A stretch of DNA of 64,000 nt from a phage, in sequence record PV467749.1, one strand, 5' to 3'. Positions 1 to 8,828 of this stretch are shown here, piece after piece. Below the pieces are notes generated by a model. It saw only the letters and a program-made list of their open reading frames with translations. It did not search any database and was not told the DNA's origin. The translations under genes and the position numbers were made by a program. Within the stretch, counting starts at the first letter, position 1. Each line of letters opens with the position of its first letter.

Positions 1-203
1 AACTTTTCTGGATACATTTCGTAATAGAAACGGTTCTTCCAAAATGTTTCACGATTCTTTTTGTTGAATTCAGCTAAATCGAATTTCATCTTACTGTGGA
101 AACGGTCTATACCGTCATGTTCCGCAATGTACTCTAACAGATTATCAATAATCTCAACTTTACCTGAATCATGGTACAACGTAAATGTTTGGTCAAAAAA
201 CAT
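1..203 (-). CDS. hypothetical protein, N-terminal part only (ORF runs off the window start)
   Basis: ATG at 203..201 preceded by AAAGGAG on the minus strand; frame stays open to position 1; N-terminus MFFDQTFTLYHDSGKVEIID. Confidence 0.4.
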   Translation of the reverse strand, partial: MFFDQTFTLYHDSGKVEIIDNLLEYIAEHDGIDRFHSKMKFDLAEFNKKNRETFWKNRFYYEMYPEK

Positions 204-300
204 ATATTTCTCCTTTAAGTTAAACTAACCTAATGGAATGTCATTCTTCCTTTACTACATGTTCTCATGGTTTAATCCTTTTGTCAATATATAGAAAGAA

Positions 301-330
301 AAAATCCCTGCCAAAAGACAGGGATGAAAA
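301..330 (-). terminator. intrinsic terminator-like hairpin
   Basis: inverted repeat TCCCTG/CAGGGA at 305..324; A-run on + strand just before it gives a T-run after the hairpin on the minus strand; ~95 nt downstream of CDS 420..617. Confidence 0.45.
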
Positions 331-419
331 ACTGAAATAACACATGGAGTTCTTTTTAAATTAATAAAAAGTATTATTATTCTTATGAAAGTATTTATCA
401 TGAACTCCAGTTTATTGCT

Positions 420-617
420 TCAAATGCCCCAATAACCTTTTTGTGCTACTATCTCACGGTATTGAGCACGAGTTAGAACACCTTGTTTACGTAGAGCTTG
501 AAGACCTGATAGGGTTTCTGCTTTACGTAGTTCGTAATTGCGTTGTTCTTTAGATTGAATAACTTTAACTTTCTTAACTTTTGCTACTGGTTCTTTTTTC
601 TTAGGTTGCTTTGCCAT
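420..617 (-). CDS. small lysine-rich basic protein (65 aa), function unknown
   Basis: ORF with GGAGAAA RBS upstream of ATG; N-terminus MAKQPKKKEPVAKVKKVKV. Confidence 0.55.
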   Translation of the reverse strand: MAKQPKKKEPVAKVKKVKVIQSKEQRNYELRKAETLSGLQALRKQGVLTRAQYREIVAQKGYWGI

Positions 618-647
618 GAGTATTTCTCCTTTGTTGTTAACAATATT

Positions 648-680
648 ATTATATCATGTATGGGACGAATGTCCCATACA
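648..680 (-). promoter_or_regulatory. sigma70-like promoter candidate (extended -10 TGATATAAT) overlapping a 10-bp-stem hairpin
   Basis: minus-strand TGATATAAT at 656..648 with GGGACA 16 nt upstream; perfect palindrome TGTATGGGAC-GAAT-GTCCCATACA at 657..680 immediately 3' of the phoH stop. Confidence 0.35.
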
Positions 681-683
681 TTA

Positions 684-2123
684 TTACATATTTTCTTCAG
701 CAAATTCTGCCAGTGGTGAACGAACGACACCTTCTAGTTCGATTACACGACAACCGTCCCAGTTCTTGAACTTCTCGGTAACATAAGTTAGACCGCTGTT
801 AACTGGACTAATGAATTTAGAGTCAATCTGGCTCAAGTTGCCCATAATAACCACTTTACAGTTCATTCCTGCACGAGTCAGGATTGTTTTAGCCTGAGCA
901 GGAGTAATGTTCTGGAATTCATCCACTACTAGGATAGTGTTTGTGAAAGAACGCCCACGAACGAAGTTTAGTGCTTTGAACTGGATAACATTACGTTTCA
1001 TGATTTCTTCGATACTGCCTTGTGGGTTAGCATCATCTTTGTGTAGGAATTCCAACGCATCAATGGCAGCTCCACAGAATGGAATCACCTTCTCTGCCTC
1101 AGAACCTGGCAAGAAACCAATGTCTTCGAATTGGGAATCTTGTGTTTTGGAGAAGATGATACGGTCGTATTTTTTCTTCTCTAGTACTAGCTCCAGTGCA
1201 GTAGCAATGGTGATCAATGTTTTACCAGTACCTGCGGAACCCAACAGTACTGTTAGATGAACATCAGGATCTAGAATACTGTTGATTGCTAGTGCTTGCT
1301 GAATATTCTTAGCCTTGATACCCCACACTTTAGCACGTAAAGCGACTGATTGTCCAACGTCTTGGAATACAAGAATATCTTCTGGTGTTAAAGTACCATC
1401 GTCTTCTTCAATTGCCGATTGACCTTCGTACACAAATAGAACATCAGCATTATCATATAGGTAATCACCGATGCAAATATTTTGTGGCATGATATGTTCA
1501 ATCAAGCTTTTTGGAATGTAGTGATACAAACGGCGACCAACTTGTTCAGATTGGATAGACACATCAGTTAGATTGCTATACACATCCCAAAAATCTAGGT
1601 CGAGGTGATGTTGACCAATGTGAATCAAATCACTATCACCAATCACGATATCATGACGGTAATCTTGAACTTCTACTCCGTAGCTTAGAGCCTTGATACG
1701 CATATTGATATCACGGGTAACCAGTACTGAATCAGTTGCTAATGCTACTAAAATGATTTTATCATCTGGTACTGTGCTTTTTAGAAGAGTTTGAACTTTC
1801 TCTTCGTTACCAGCAGTACGAATTAGTGCTTCAGCTTCTTCGCTTGTAATAACAAACAATTTGCTTTCAGGACTCATATTAGTATGAACATCAGCAATAT
1901 TAACACCAGTACTACTAATTTCTTCATGTGATGCATCAGAAAGGATTGCTTCAATGTTACGGATTGCAACACGAGCATCACGGGAAACATCCACATTACG
2001 ACTTTTGATTGAATCCAATTCTTCAAGTACTGTGAACGGTAGAATGATAGCTGCTCCATCAAAAGCAATGGTAGCATTTGGATCAGATAGTAGTACGTTT
2101 GTGTCAATTGTATATTTTTTCAT
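684..2123 (-). CDS. phoH: PhoH-like ATPase with N-terminal PIN domain (PhoH2/YlaK-type)
   Basis: 479 aa; N-terminal PIN-like acidic residues (IDTNVL...LEELD); Walker A LLGSAGTGKT; Walker B-like VVDEFQN. Confidence 0.85.
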   Translation of the reverse strand: MKKYTIDTNVLLSDPNATIAFDGAAIILPFTVLEELDSIKSRNVDVSRDARVAIRNIEAILSDASHEEISSTGVNIADVHTNMSPESKLFVITSEEAEALIRTAGNEEKVQTLLKSTVPDDKIILVALATDSVLVTRDINMRIKALSYGVEVQDYRHDIVIGDSDLIHIGQHHLDLDFWDVYSNLTDVSIQSEQVGRRLYHYIPKSLIEHIMPQNICIGDYLYDNADVLFVYEGQSAIEEDDGTLTPEDILVFQDVGQSVALRAKVWGIKAKNIQQALAINSILDPDVHLTVLLGSAGTGKTLITIATALELVLEKKKYDRIIFSKTQDSQFEDIGFLPGSEAEKVIPFCGAAIDALEFLHKDDANPQGSIEEIMKRNVIQFKALNFVRGRSFTNTILVVDEFQNITPAQAKTILTRAGMNCKVVIMGNLSQIDSKFISPVNSGLTYVTEKFKNWDGCRVIELEGVVRSPLAEFAEENM

Positions 2124-2184
2124 AAAACATCCTTGAGTTATGAGTACATCCTTGTACTCGACTAATGGTTAGTGACTCGGAATA

Positions 2185-2487
2185 TTACATGCTCGGTTCG
2201 TATTCAACATAACATCTTGAACCACGAGCCTTTTCCTCCCAGCATTCCTGGTAAACTAGTTGACCAATTGATACTGGATCTCTTGATAACCCATTACGAA
2301 CTTCACCAGTACTGGTTTTATAAGTAAATGAGCATTTATTTTCATTACATTGACCTAATCCTATTACAGTCGCTGTATTGTAATGAATATTATAACGTTT
2401 AGTGTTCTCATGATATGAACTGAACCATAGAACACCTATACCTAACAGTGTTGTGCAAATAAGACTCTTGATATGTGTTGAAATCAT
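2185..2487 (-). CDS. hypothetical small protein with hydrophobic N-terminus (signal/TM-like)
   Basis: 100 aa ORF; N-terminal hydrophobic stretch LICTTLLGIGVLWF; several Cys. Confidence 0.5.
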   Translation of the reverse strand: MISTHIKSLICTTLLGIGVLWFSSYHENTKRYNIHYNTATVIGLGQCNENKCSFTYKTSTGEVRNGLSRDPVSIGQLVYQECWEEKARGSRCYVEYEPSM

Positions 2488-2804
2488 AGTGCATTAAATC
2501 CATTAGTTAAGTAAGTTTCAATATTAACTTTCCCTACTGGATTACTACTATGTACATAGTATTTAAATGGTTCTTTAATATTATGCTCAAACATATAATC
2601 AATTAGAAATTTGGCAAAAGTGTATCCAGTTTTCTCATCTGTACTCAAGTCACCCAAGTCATGGTCAAATGAGACAAATGCTGGAATTCCATTTTTGATT
2701 ACGTATTCACATGCACTTTCGTAGTCACGACACAATACCATCTCTTGGTCAGGATAATATTTTTGATAATCACGAATATCATCCAAGAACATTGAGTACG
2801 ACAT
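2484..2804 (-). CDS. hypothetical protein, receiver-domain-like (tentative)
   Basis: 106 aa; motifs FLDDIRD, SFDHDLG, VHSSNPVG recalled from memory as a receiver-like phage family; 4-nt overlap with upstream gene. Confidence 0.45.
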   Translation of the reverse strand: MSYSMFLDDIRDYQKYYPDQEMVLCRDYESACEYVIKNGIPAFVSFDHDLGDLSTDEKTGYTFAKFLIDYMFEHNIKEPFKYYVHSSNPVGKVNIETYLTNGFNAL

Positions 2805-2813
2805 TTTAAACTC

Positions 2814-3365
2814 CTATAGATAGCTGATTAGTAAGTTTTCTTTTTGTACAAGATACTCTAATTCTTGTTTCGCAGTTCCGATGAAGTTCTGTGTCATAAG
2901 ATTATTATATCCTGCTTCTCGATTTTGTCCCTTCGAATAACGAGAGATGTGACATAAATTTACACCAGCCACCTCTGCACTAGCATGTTTGCCATATGCA
3001 TAATTATCACGAAGTTTTTTAAGTTCAGCATAAGTCATTTCATAACTATAGCTATGTGAGTGACCCTCTGGAAACAATTCAAGTGATTTTAATGGAGACA
3101 GGCGACTTTTGTCAATGATATAGTTCATTTCTTCTTGAACTTCACGCTGTAACGCATCTTCTAATGACTTATCAGTACTTTCAACTGTTCCACCACATGC
3201 ACCCAACAATCCATCCCAACGCACTTGTAGGAGTACTAAGTTAACCACTGGGATATCATTTAGTTCATAACCAGCGTATGGGGTACATTCTTTTGCATAA
3301 AAGAAACAGAATACAAAATTTGCACGTTTCCCCAGTTGTCCCAGTGGTACTTCAGCTTTACTCAT
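2814..3365 (-). CDS. Nudix-like hydrolase (imperfect Nudix box)
   Basis: 183 aa; GGTVESTDKSLEDALQREVQEE contains the REVxEE core of the Nudix signature, but the G-x5-E-x7 spacing is not canonical. Confidence 0.45.
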   Translation of the reverse strand: MSKAEVPLGQLGKRANFVFCFFYAKECTPYAGYELNDIPVVNLVLLQVRWDGLLGACGGTVESTDKSLEDALQREVQEEMNYIIDKSRLSPLKSLELFPEGHSHSYSYEMTYAELKKLRDNYAYGKHASAEVAGVNLCHISRYSKGQNREAGYNNLMTQNFIGTAKQELEYLVQKENLLISYL

Positions 3366-4114
3366 CGCATTCGTTCCTTAATTATAGTTTCAACCTGTGG
3401 AATTGCTTTCGTCGCAGGTTTGATGACTTTCTCATTAAAAAGAAAATCATTATCATTTTTTCGGATGTTAACATTTACACTATAGCATGGAAGTGCACCA
3501 GCTAGTCTGGACCATACCAGTACTGTATCACTACTTCCAATAACTACAACTGTATCATTTTCTGTGAGACTTTTCAACACTTCATTTCGTTCTTCATAAA
3601 TGGGGAGACGTACCCCATCAACGTAGCGATGATACTCACCAATCATCACTACATTTGGTTTTGCAAAAACATCAGCTTTAGGGATATATGGTTCATAACC
3701 ACAATTAATGACATTGTAATCATCGGTATTAATAGAAAAGTTCTCAATTACTTCACATAAATTGCCGTGTAGTTTGAGTTCGGTTCCACCAATTCTAGTA
3801 TATAGATCATCCATATTAGAAGTCATGTGTAAAAAACAATCACCATACAAATCTTCTAATGATTTAATAAAGTAATGCATTTCATTAGGATGACATTCAC
3901 CTAATTTTACACGCAATGTATTATAAAATGAATGAACTATATGATACTTAGAACTAAGTCGTGCAATGTTACAAACATCATTAATTTTGAAATTGTCCCA
4001 CAACCCATCATCAAAGCGGAATGGTTCCATCCCGCTCTCAACTGAAAGACCTGCCCCTGAAATTATAAGTAATCTTTTGTTCCCAGCATTTTGTATAAAT
4101 TTATCTGATATCAC
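3362..4114 (-). CDS. Sir2-family (sirtuin-like) NAD-dependent protein
   Basis: 250 aa; GAGLSVESGMEPFR matches the sirtuin NAD-binding motif GAG(I/L)S.ESG.P.FR; downstream LKLHGN (candidate catalytic His); no obvious CxxC zinc ribbon. Confidence 0.7.
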   Translation of the reverse strand: MISDKFIQNAGNKRLLIISGAGLSVESGMEPFRFDDGLWDNFKINDVCNIARLSSKYHIVHSFYNTLRVKLGECHPNEMHYFIKSLEDLYGDCFLHMTSNMDDLYTRIGGTELKLHGNLCEVIENFSINTDDYNVINCGYEPYIPKADVFAKPNVVMIGEYHRYVDGVRLPIYEERNEVLKSLTENDTVVVIGSSDTVLVWSRLAGALPCYSVNVNIRKNDNDFLFNEKVIKPATKAIPQVETIIKERMR

Positions 4115-4123
4115 ATTTACTCC

Positions 4124-4315
4124 TTATATAAAAAGTATCAAGTTTAATACTAAAAATACAATGATAGCAATATGATAGACATACATCCACTTATTGTGTC
4201 CATGTTTATTACCATTCCTGAATTCTCGGTATAAACATTTAGTATGATTGTATAACACCACACAAATAAACACAACTATGAAACAAAAAATCCACTCGTA
4301 AACTATGTATGCCAT
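4124..4315 (-). CDS. small hydrophobic membrane protein (63 aa)
   Basis: two hydrophobic segments (WIFCFIVVFICVVLY; IAIIVFLVLNLILFI). Confidence 0.4.
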   Translation of the reverse strand: MAYIVYEWIFCFIVVFICVVLYNHTKCLYREFRNGNKHGHNKWMYVYHIAIIVFLVLNLILFI

Positions 4316-4346
4316 CAGATATACTCTCTCTTTATAATTATTATTC

Positions 4347-4940
4347 TCAGTATTTCAAAATATCAAACTCTGGACTAACACTTGTTACATTATCACTGAC
4401 AATTTTGAAAATAGACTCAACACGTTCATGTAACTGAACATTGGTTTCTTCTTGAACTTCAATATACGCTGACATGGATGCAATTGCATGATAAGTCCCA
4501 CTTCCGACAGCAGTAATTTGTGTTTTAGGTTGCAGTACTGAAAAGTCTTCTTGAACTTCATAAATCGTATGATTATGAAGAATAATGAACTGACCACCAC
4601 CAACGTCTTGTGATGCATCACGAGCACCCCATTCATCTTTAAACATTTGACGAATGATAGGAATAACTTTCAGTACTAGATACTGTGAAAAGGTTTCCCC
4701 TGCAACTTGTTCTGGTAGAGTTAGGTTGTAATTCAACAACTGTCCCATGCGGAACGAGGTAGTATACCCCAACGCCATTACTTCTTTAGTGCGAGTAAGA
4801 CCATCCTCATTGAGTTTAATGAACTCTTTCTCAAACACTTTAGGCTCAGTTTGAACTGCTTTAGTGAAACCATTGCTTCCTAATTTATCACCAGCGATGA
4901 AGGAAGATGTGCCATTTGTGTGAGCGATAATACAAGTCAT
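4347..4940 (-). CDS. HslV-like (Ntn-hydrolase / proteasome beta-type) peptidase
   Basis: likely start at ATG 4940..4938 (AAGGAG RBS; ATGA overlap with upstream stop), giving Met-Thr N-terminus MTCIIAHTNGTSSFIAGD as in HslV (TTIVSVRRNG..IAGD); later GSGTYHAIAS like HslV GSGG; track ORF 4347..5009 starts too early. Confidence 0.65.
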   Translation of the reverse strand: MTCIIAHTNGTSSFIAGDKLGSNGFTKAVQTEPKVFEKEFIKLNEDGLTRTKEVMALGYTTSFRMGQLLNYNLTLPEQVAGETFSQYLVLKVIPIIRQMFKDEWGARDASQDVGGGQFIILHNHTIYEVQEDFSVLQPKTQITAVGSGTYHAIASMSAYIEVQEETNVQLHERVESIFKIVSDNVTSVSPEFDILKY

Positions 4941-5197
4941 GAAATAACTCCTTGTGCAAAAAGTGCCGTATACAACCAGTATATCAGCAACCCTAGTGTA
5001 AGTAAACATGCTCCGTAAGAAATTGATAGAACATAGTAAATTCCTGCTTCTAACTTGGATGCAAATTTGTGTGTACTGGAATCCATAAAACCACGTTTGT
5101 AGTCTTTATAGATGAAACATGTTAAAACTAATGTAATGCAATATACAATAGTTGTTGCATAAAAAACAAGAGATGTTAAGTTTTGTAAATTTGTCAT
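4937..5197 (-). CDS. small membrane protein (86 aa)
   Basis: two predicted TM helices; AGGAG RBS sits inside a 7-bp hairpin (ATACACT/AGTGTAT) at 5212..5228. Confidence 0.5.
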   Translation of the reverse strand: MTNLQNLTSLVFYATTIVYCITLVLTCFIYKDYKRGFMDSSTHKFASKLEAGIYYVLSISYGACLLTLGLLIYWLYTALFAQGVIS

Positions 5198-5289
5198 AGT
5201 TTATACACTCCTAGTGTATGTGAACTTATAACAAAGGATGTACCACTTTATCATCCTCTTATTATAATATTATTATTTTGTATCTAATA

Positions 5290-5898
5290 CTAATGAATGA
5301 TACTACCTAATTCGAGCAACTGATCTGGTGTAAGTCTCACAACTTCATTACCACGAACCTTACTAACCTCCACTAACAATTCTGGAGGAATACCATTCGC
5401 TGCATATAACGCAAATAGAACACCAACCTTAGTTGATAGCTGTTCAGCAAAAATAGTCATTTGGCGAACTGATATGTATGTGTCATCACTATTTCGTGCT
5501 TTACTTTCGATTGACACATTATGTAGACCTAGAATTGAGTCCTTCATCATGTATCTGTTTTCTATATTAGCACTAAAGAATGCGATAGTGCAAGAAGAAT
5601 TACAATATCTTTCAACAATAATTGTTAAATTGTTATCATTGACAAAATTTCCTAGTGCCACTCCCGCATCAAAATCACCACCAGGTGACGTAATGATGAT
5701 AGTGTCAAATGGGTGTGTTTCTCTAAAAACCATCAAACGGTTTACAGTATTTTCAGTTAAAGTTGAAATGAACTGAACTGTCTGTTTAGATTCATCATAT
5801 CTAATGATACTTTTTCTTTCAACACCTGCACTTGCAGGAAAGTTAATTAAGAAAATAATAATAATAGATTGGATGATTTCTTTACATAATCGTACCAC
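5290..5898 (-). CDS. secreted ClpP/SppA-like (S14/S49-type) serine peptidase-like protein
   Basis: 202 aa; hydrophobic signal-like N-terminus; IITSPGGDFDAGVALGNF resembles the ClpP INSPGG region; track start is GTG at 5898. Confidence 0.45.
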   Translation of the reverse strand: MVRLCKEIIQSIIIIFLINFPASAGVERKSIIRYDESKQTVQFISTLTENTVNRLMVFRETHPFDTIIITSPGGDFDAGVALGNFVNDNNLTIIVERYCNSSCTIAFFSANIENRYMMKDSILGLHNVSIESKARNSDDTYISVRQMTIFAEQLSTKVGVLFALYAANGIPPELLVEVSKVRGNEVVRLTPDQLLELGSIIH

Positions 5899-6033
5899 TG
5901 GTTAACCCTCTTAGTTGATTGTTGATTACATAAATAATATTATAGGAAGATTTAACTTAAGTCAAATTGTTTTTTATATCACTTCACAAATTCCCTCACA
6001 GAATCACCCCGCCTTTTTACCTTCTTTTGAATG

Positions 6034-6061
6034 ATTATATCACACTAATGTATAATGTCTA
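6034..6061 (-). promoter_or_regulatory. sigma70-like early promoter candidate (TAGACA-N16-TGATATAAT)
   Basis: minus strand TAGACA (6061..6056), 16-nt spacer including TGA, TATAAT (6039..6034); in the 250-bp noncoding region upstream of CDS 5290..5898; a second weaker TTGACT-N15-TATAAT lies at 5939..5965. Confidence 0.45.
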
Positions 6062-6149
6062 TGCTTTTGTCAACAAATAACGTGGTAGTACTGAACTCGT
6101 TGTTGGTTCTAAGAGTTTTCCTGAAATTCAAATTATCGTGTACTAACAA

Positions 6150-6180
6150 AAGAAAAAGGAGCCTTATGGCTCCTTTTTTT
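6150..6180 (-). terminator. strong bidirectional intrinsic terminator
   Basis: AAAAAGGAGCC-TTAT-GGCTCCTTTTT perfect stem flanked by A-run and T-run; immediately 3' of CDS 6179..6445. Confidence 0.75.
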
Positions 6181-6445
6181 ATTCTACAGTATTAAGCTTC
6201 TGACAAATCATGTCAGCTTCAACACGGTCTTTATAATAAATGGTAAAACCAAATTTACCAGTTACTTTATACTCTTTACAAGTTAAACAATTTACAATGT
6301 AGTACTTGTTGTTTTGTGCTGAAAATCGTACTTCATGATTACGCATCACTGGTGGAGTAGTATTATCATTTAATACCATCATCACTAAGAGTACAAGAAT
6401 CACAACTGCAAATGGAATACCTAAAATCAAGAAAGTCAAAGTCAC
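6179..6445 (-). CDS. hypothetical protein with N-terminal TM helix (88 aa)
   Basis: N-terminus MTLTFLILGIPFAVVILVLLVMMVL hydrophobic. Confidence 0.5.
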   Translation of the reverse strand: MTLTFLILGIPFAVVILVLLVMMVLNDNTTPPVMRNHEVRFSAQNNKYYIVNCLTCKEYKVTGKFGFTIYYKDRVEADMICQKLNTVE

Positions 6446-6918
6446 AACCCCTTATCATAAATGCAATTTACAATAATCCCAGCATCTTCCAGTACTTTAA
6501 TAGCTTCTGGTGGAGTGCGAGGATAACTTTTGTGATAAATCACGCGAGCAATACCACTTCCCGCGATCAACTTAGAACAAGTATAGCATGGTTGCAGCGT
6601 TGTGTAAAGTGTTGCTCCCTGACGTTCGGTAGGTGAACTGTATAACAATGCATTCATTTCAGCATGGATTTCATGGATATTACTCCATTCATGGTGTTCA
6701 TGCTTTGCGTCATCGCTAACCCAGTCTTGGAAACGTCCACCATTAACTAAGTGCTCATTAGCGTCACAGCAGTTAGGTTGTTTAGATGGAGTGCCATTAT
6801 AACCAGTACTCAATACTCGGTTATTTTTAACAATAACACAACCAACTTTCTGTGAAATGCATTTACTCTCTTCAGCCACGACTTCGGCTATCTTCAACCA
6901 CGTCAAGTGTTTCATCAT
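6442..6918 (-). CDS. cd: dCMP deaminase (cytidine/deoxycytidylate deaminase family)
   Basis: 158 aa; zinc-ligand motifs HAEMNAL and PCYTCSKLI (H-A-E ... P-C-x-x-C). Confidence 0.85.
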   Translation of the reverse strand: MMKHLTWLKIAEVVAEESKCISQKVGCVIVKNNRVLSTGYNGTPSKQPNCCDANEHLVNGGRFQDWVSDDAKHEHHEWSNIHEIHAEMNALLYSSPTERQGATLYTTLQPCYTCSKLIAGSGIARVIYHKSYPRTPPEAIKVLEDAGIIVNCIYDKGL

Positions 6919-7399
6919 ATACTCCTAGGGATTGTAATTTGGTTTTACAGTTCGAATGTATTTTAAGAACACGAAGGTAGTTTAGCACATCTGATTCTTC
7001 AATGTCAAATGGTTTCGCTGCATAAACGTCCCATGCTCCCATTAATTCTGTACAGAACTTGATATCACCCGAACCCAGCAACTTGTCACGGAATTGTTTA
7101 AACTCGATTTCTTCATCGGATAATGAAAAACCCAAATCCATAAAGCACATACCACCAGCACTGAAGCATGACCCAGATGATGTACCAATTAAAATATCAT
7201 CCATCCCATATAAACCGTAAAAAATATTGGAGTACCAAGTACTAAGTTTACTTCGGTGATGATATTTAAGAACATTCTTCTTGATATTTACATCTAATGA
7301 ATTAGCTGATGATATCACTTTTTTGGTTAAAATAATAGTTTTGTTCAAATTACTCAACCATACTTTAGTATCAGTTGGGCTAAGAGCAGTGTATTTCAT
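6872..7399 (-). CDS. hypothetical protein
   Basis: 175 aa ORF; 3' end overlaps the cd start by 47 nt. Confidence 0.55.
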   Translation of the reverse strand: MKYTALSPTDTKVWLSNLNKTIILTKKVISSANSLDVNIKKNVLKYHHRSKLSTWYSNIFYGLYGMDDILIGTSSGSCFSAGGMCFMDLGFSLSDEEIEFKQFRDKLLGSGDIKFCTELMGAWDVYAAKPFDIEESDVLNYLRVLKIHSNCKTKLQSLGVYDETLDVVEDSRSRG

Positions 7400-7400
7400 G

Positions 7401-7925
7401 TTAATCCTCTAAATTCCATTCATCAACCATAGTTGAGCATAATTCCATGTGTCGGAAATATTTCTCATTAAGTGAATATGGACTCTTATAAAATTGTCGT
7501 ACATCAGTGAATATATCATAGTTTCTATATATAAATGACATATTTTTATTCATGAATTCTATAATCTTCCATAACTTTTCTGTATCGTTTCGTATAGTTT
7601 CTGCACTCAATCCCGTCAATTTCATTAGACGCTTGATTTTGAAGCCTGACTCTATTGACGTATTATTATGCTTAGTTAAGTAACTATAGCCGATAGAACT
7701 CTGTATTAGTTCGATACTATCAGTACTGGTTATTGTTCCTAGAAATGATCTTAAATTTCTATTCAACCAATACCATTTTTTGTTCTTGTTATAGTAAGAA
7801 TACCATTTTTTAACTATATCTATTGCCTCTGAATTTAATCTCTCGGCAAATTCATCAATTAAAAACATGTGATTGAAAAATAAATCACTTTGATCTTCAG
7901 ATAATTTATATTGCTGCATATCCAC
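7401..7925 (-). CDS. hypothetical protein
   Basis: 174 aa; track start is GTG at 7925, in-frame ATG at 7919. Confidence 0.55.
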   Translation of the reverse strand: MDMQQYKLSEDQSDLFFNHMFLIDEFAERLNSEAIDIVKKWYSYYNKNKKWYWLNRNLRSFLGTITSTDSIELIQSSIGYSYLTKHNNTSIESGFKIKRLMKLTGLSAETIRNDTEKLWKIIEFMNKNMSFIYRNYDIFTDVRQFYKSPYSLNEKYFRHMELCSTMVDEWNLED

Positions 7926-8002
7926 CTACCCTATTAACAATTACACCTTGGGTATTTACCTCGTATGGATCAATTTTTGATCAATAATTTTTGATATGCA
8001 GC

Positions 8003-8031
8003 AAATAAAATGGGAATCATGAAAGATTCCC
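8003..8031 (-). terminator. intrinsic terminator-like hairpin
   Basis: GGGAATC-ATGAAA-GATTCCC 7-bp stem at 8012..8031 followed on the minus strand by ATTTTATTT; 3' of CDS 8039..8485. Confidence 0.5.
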
Positions 8032-8038
8032 TAAGTAA

Positions 8039-8485
8039 TTATTTCTGGAATGGAGTGTACTGGTACTGCTCACAATCAGATACAGTTAGTACACCTTCAT
8101 CATAACCGTACTGGAGAATAAGATCAAATGCTTTATCAACCATAGCTACAACGTCTTTGTAACGAACGATGGTATGTGCCTGTTTCTCAACTGCTTTCAT
8201 AATACCCATCAACATCCAGCGACCTTCATCAGTGTGAAGTTTAGCAAAACGAGGACGTTTAGTTGCTGCCATAATGTCAGTCCATTCTGCTTTAAACACT
8301 GATGGACGTTTAGGAATATCATACAGAGTTGTTGGGAATGTTACGTTGTTTTTCTTCATAGCTTCAGCTTGTGCAGCACGATAACCTTGACGGAATAGTG
8401 GGTGCTGTGATTTTAGCTGTTCATTGTTAAAAACTACTTTGTTTTTAAACGCGTCATAACCTTCTTTGTGTTGTGCATTAGACAT
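8039..8485 (-). CDS. hypothetical protein
   Basis: 148 aa ORF, no recognisable motif. Confidence 0.55.
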   Translation of the reverse strand: MSNAQHKEGYDAFKNKVVFNNEQLKSQHPLFRQGYRAAQAEAMKKNNVTFPTTLYDIPKRPSVFKAEWTDIMAATKRPRFAKLHTDEGRWMLMGIMKAVEKQAHTIVRYKDVVAMVDKAFDLILQYGYDEGVLTVSDCEQYQYTPFQK

Positions 8486-8486
8486 A

Positions 8487-8816
8487 TTATTCTTTCCCCT
8501 CGTCAGTACTGATGAATTTTTTATCTGAGAATGTGCCGTGTTCTTGACGCATAGCTTCTGCGTGTTGAACTGCGTTAATTGGATTAATGTTCTTTTTAAT
8601 AAGAACTTCTTGCATTAATTCGAGAACAATAGAAAAACCATTGAGTACTCGCTCTGCCTCGTCAACACCTTTCAATTCAATAGCCACTGCACTAATCTGA
8701 TCTAATGCGGTATTAATAAACTCTGAATCATCTAACACATCATTGACTTCAGTATTATTACGTACAAGAACTTTCATATAATCTCCAGAAATAAGATGCC
8801 CCAAATGAGGCATCAA
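8487..8816 (-). CDS. hypothetical protein
   Basis: 109 aa ORF. Confidence 0.5.
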   Translation of the reverse strand: MMPHLGHLISGDYMKVLVRNNTEVNDVLDDSEFINTALDQISAVAIELKGVDEAERVLNGFSIVLELMQEVLIKKNINPINAVQHAEAMRQEHGTFSDKKFISTDEGKE

Positions 8817-8828
8817 ATGAAATTCAAA

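Noticed and set aside
6020-6185. Plus-strand small RNA (TTGAAT-N18-TATAAT promoter reading towards the bidirectional terminator at 6150..6180)
   Set aside because: The same TATAAT region reads on the minus strand as TAGACA-N16-TGATATAAT, matching the promoter family found upstream of other minus-strand genes. The minus-strand interpretation is more parsimonious. An antisense RNA cannot be excluded without transcript data.
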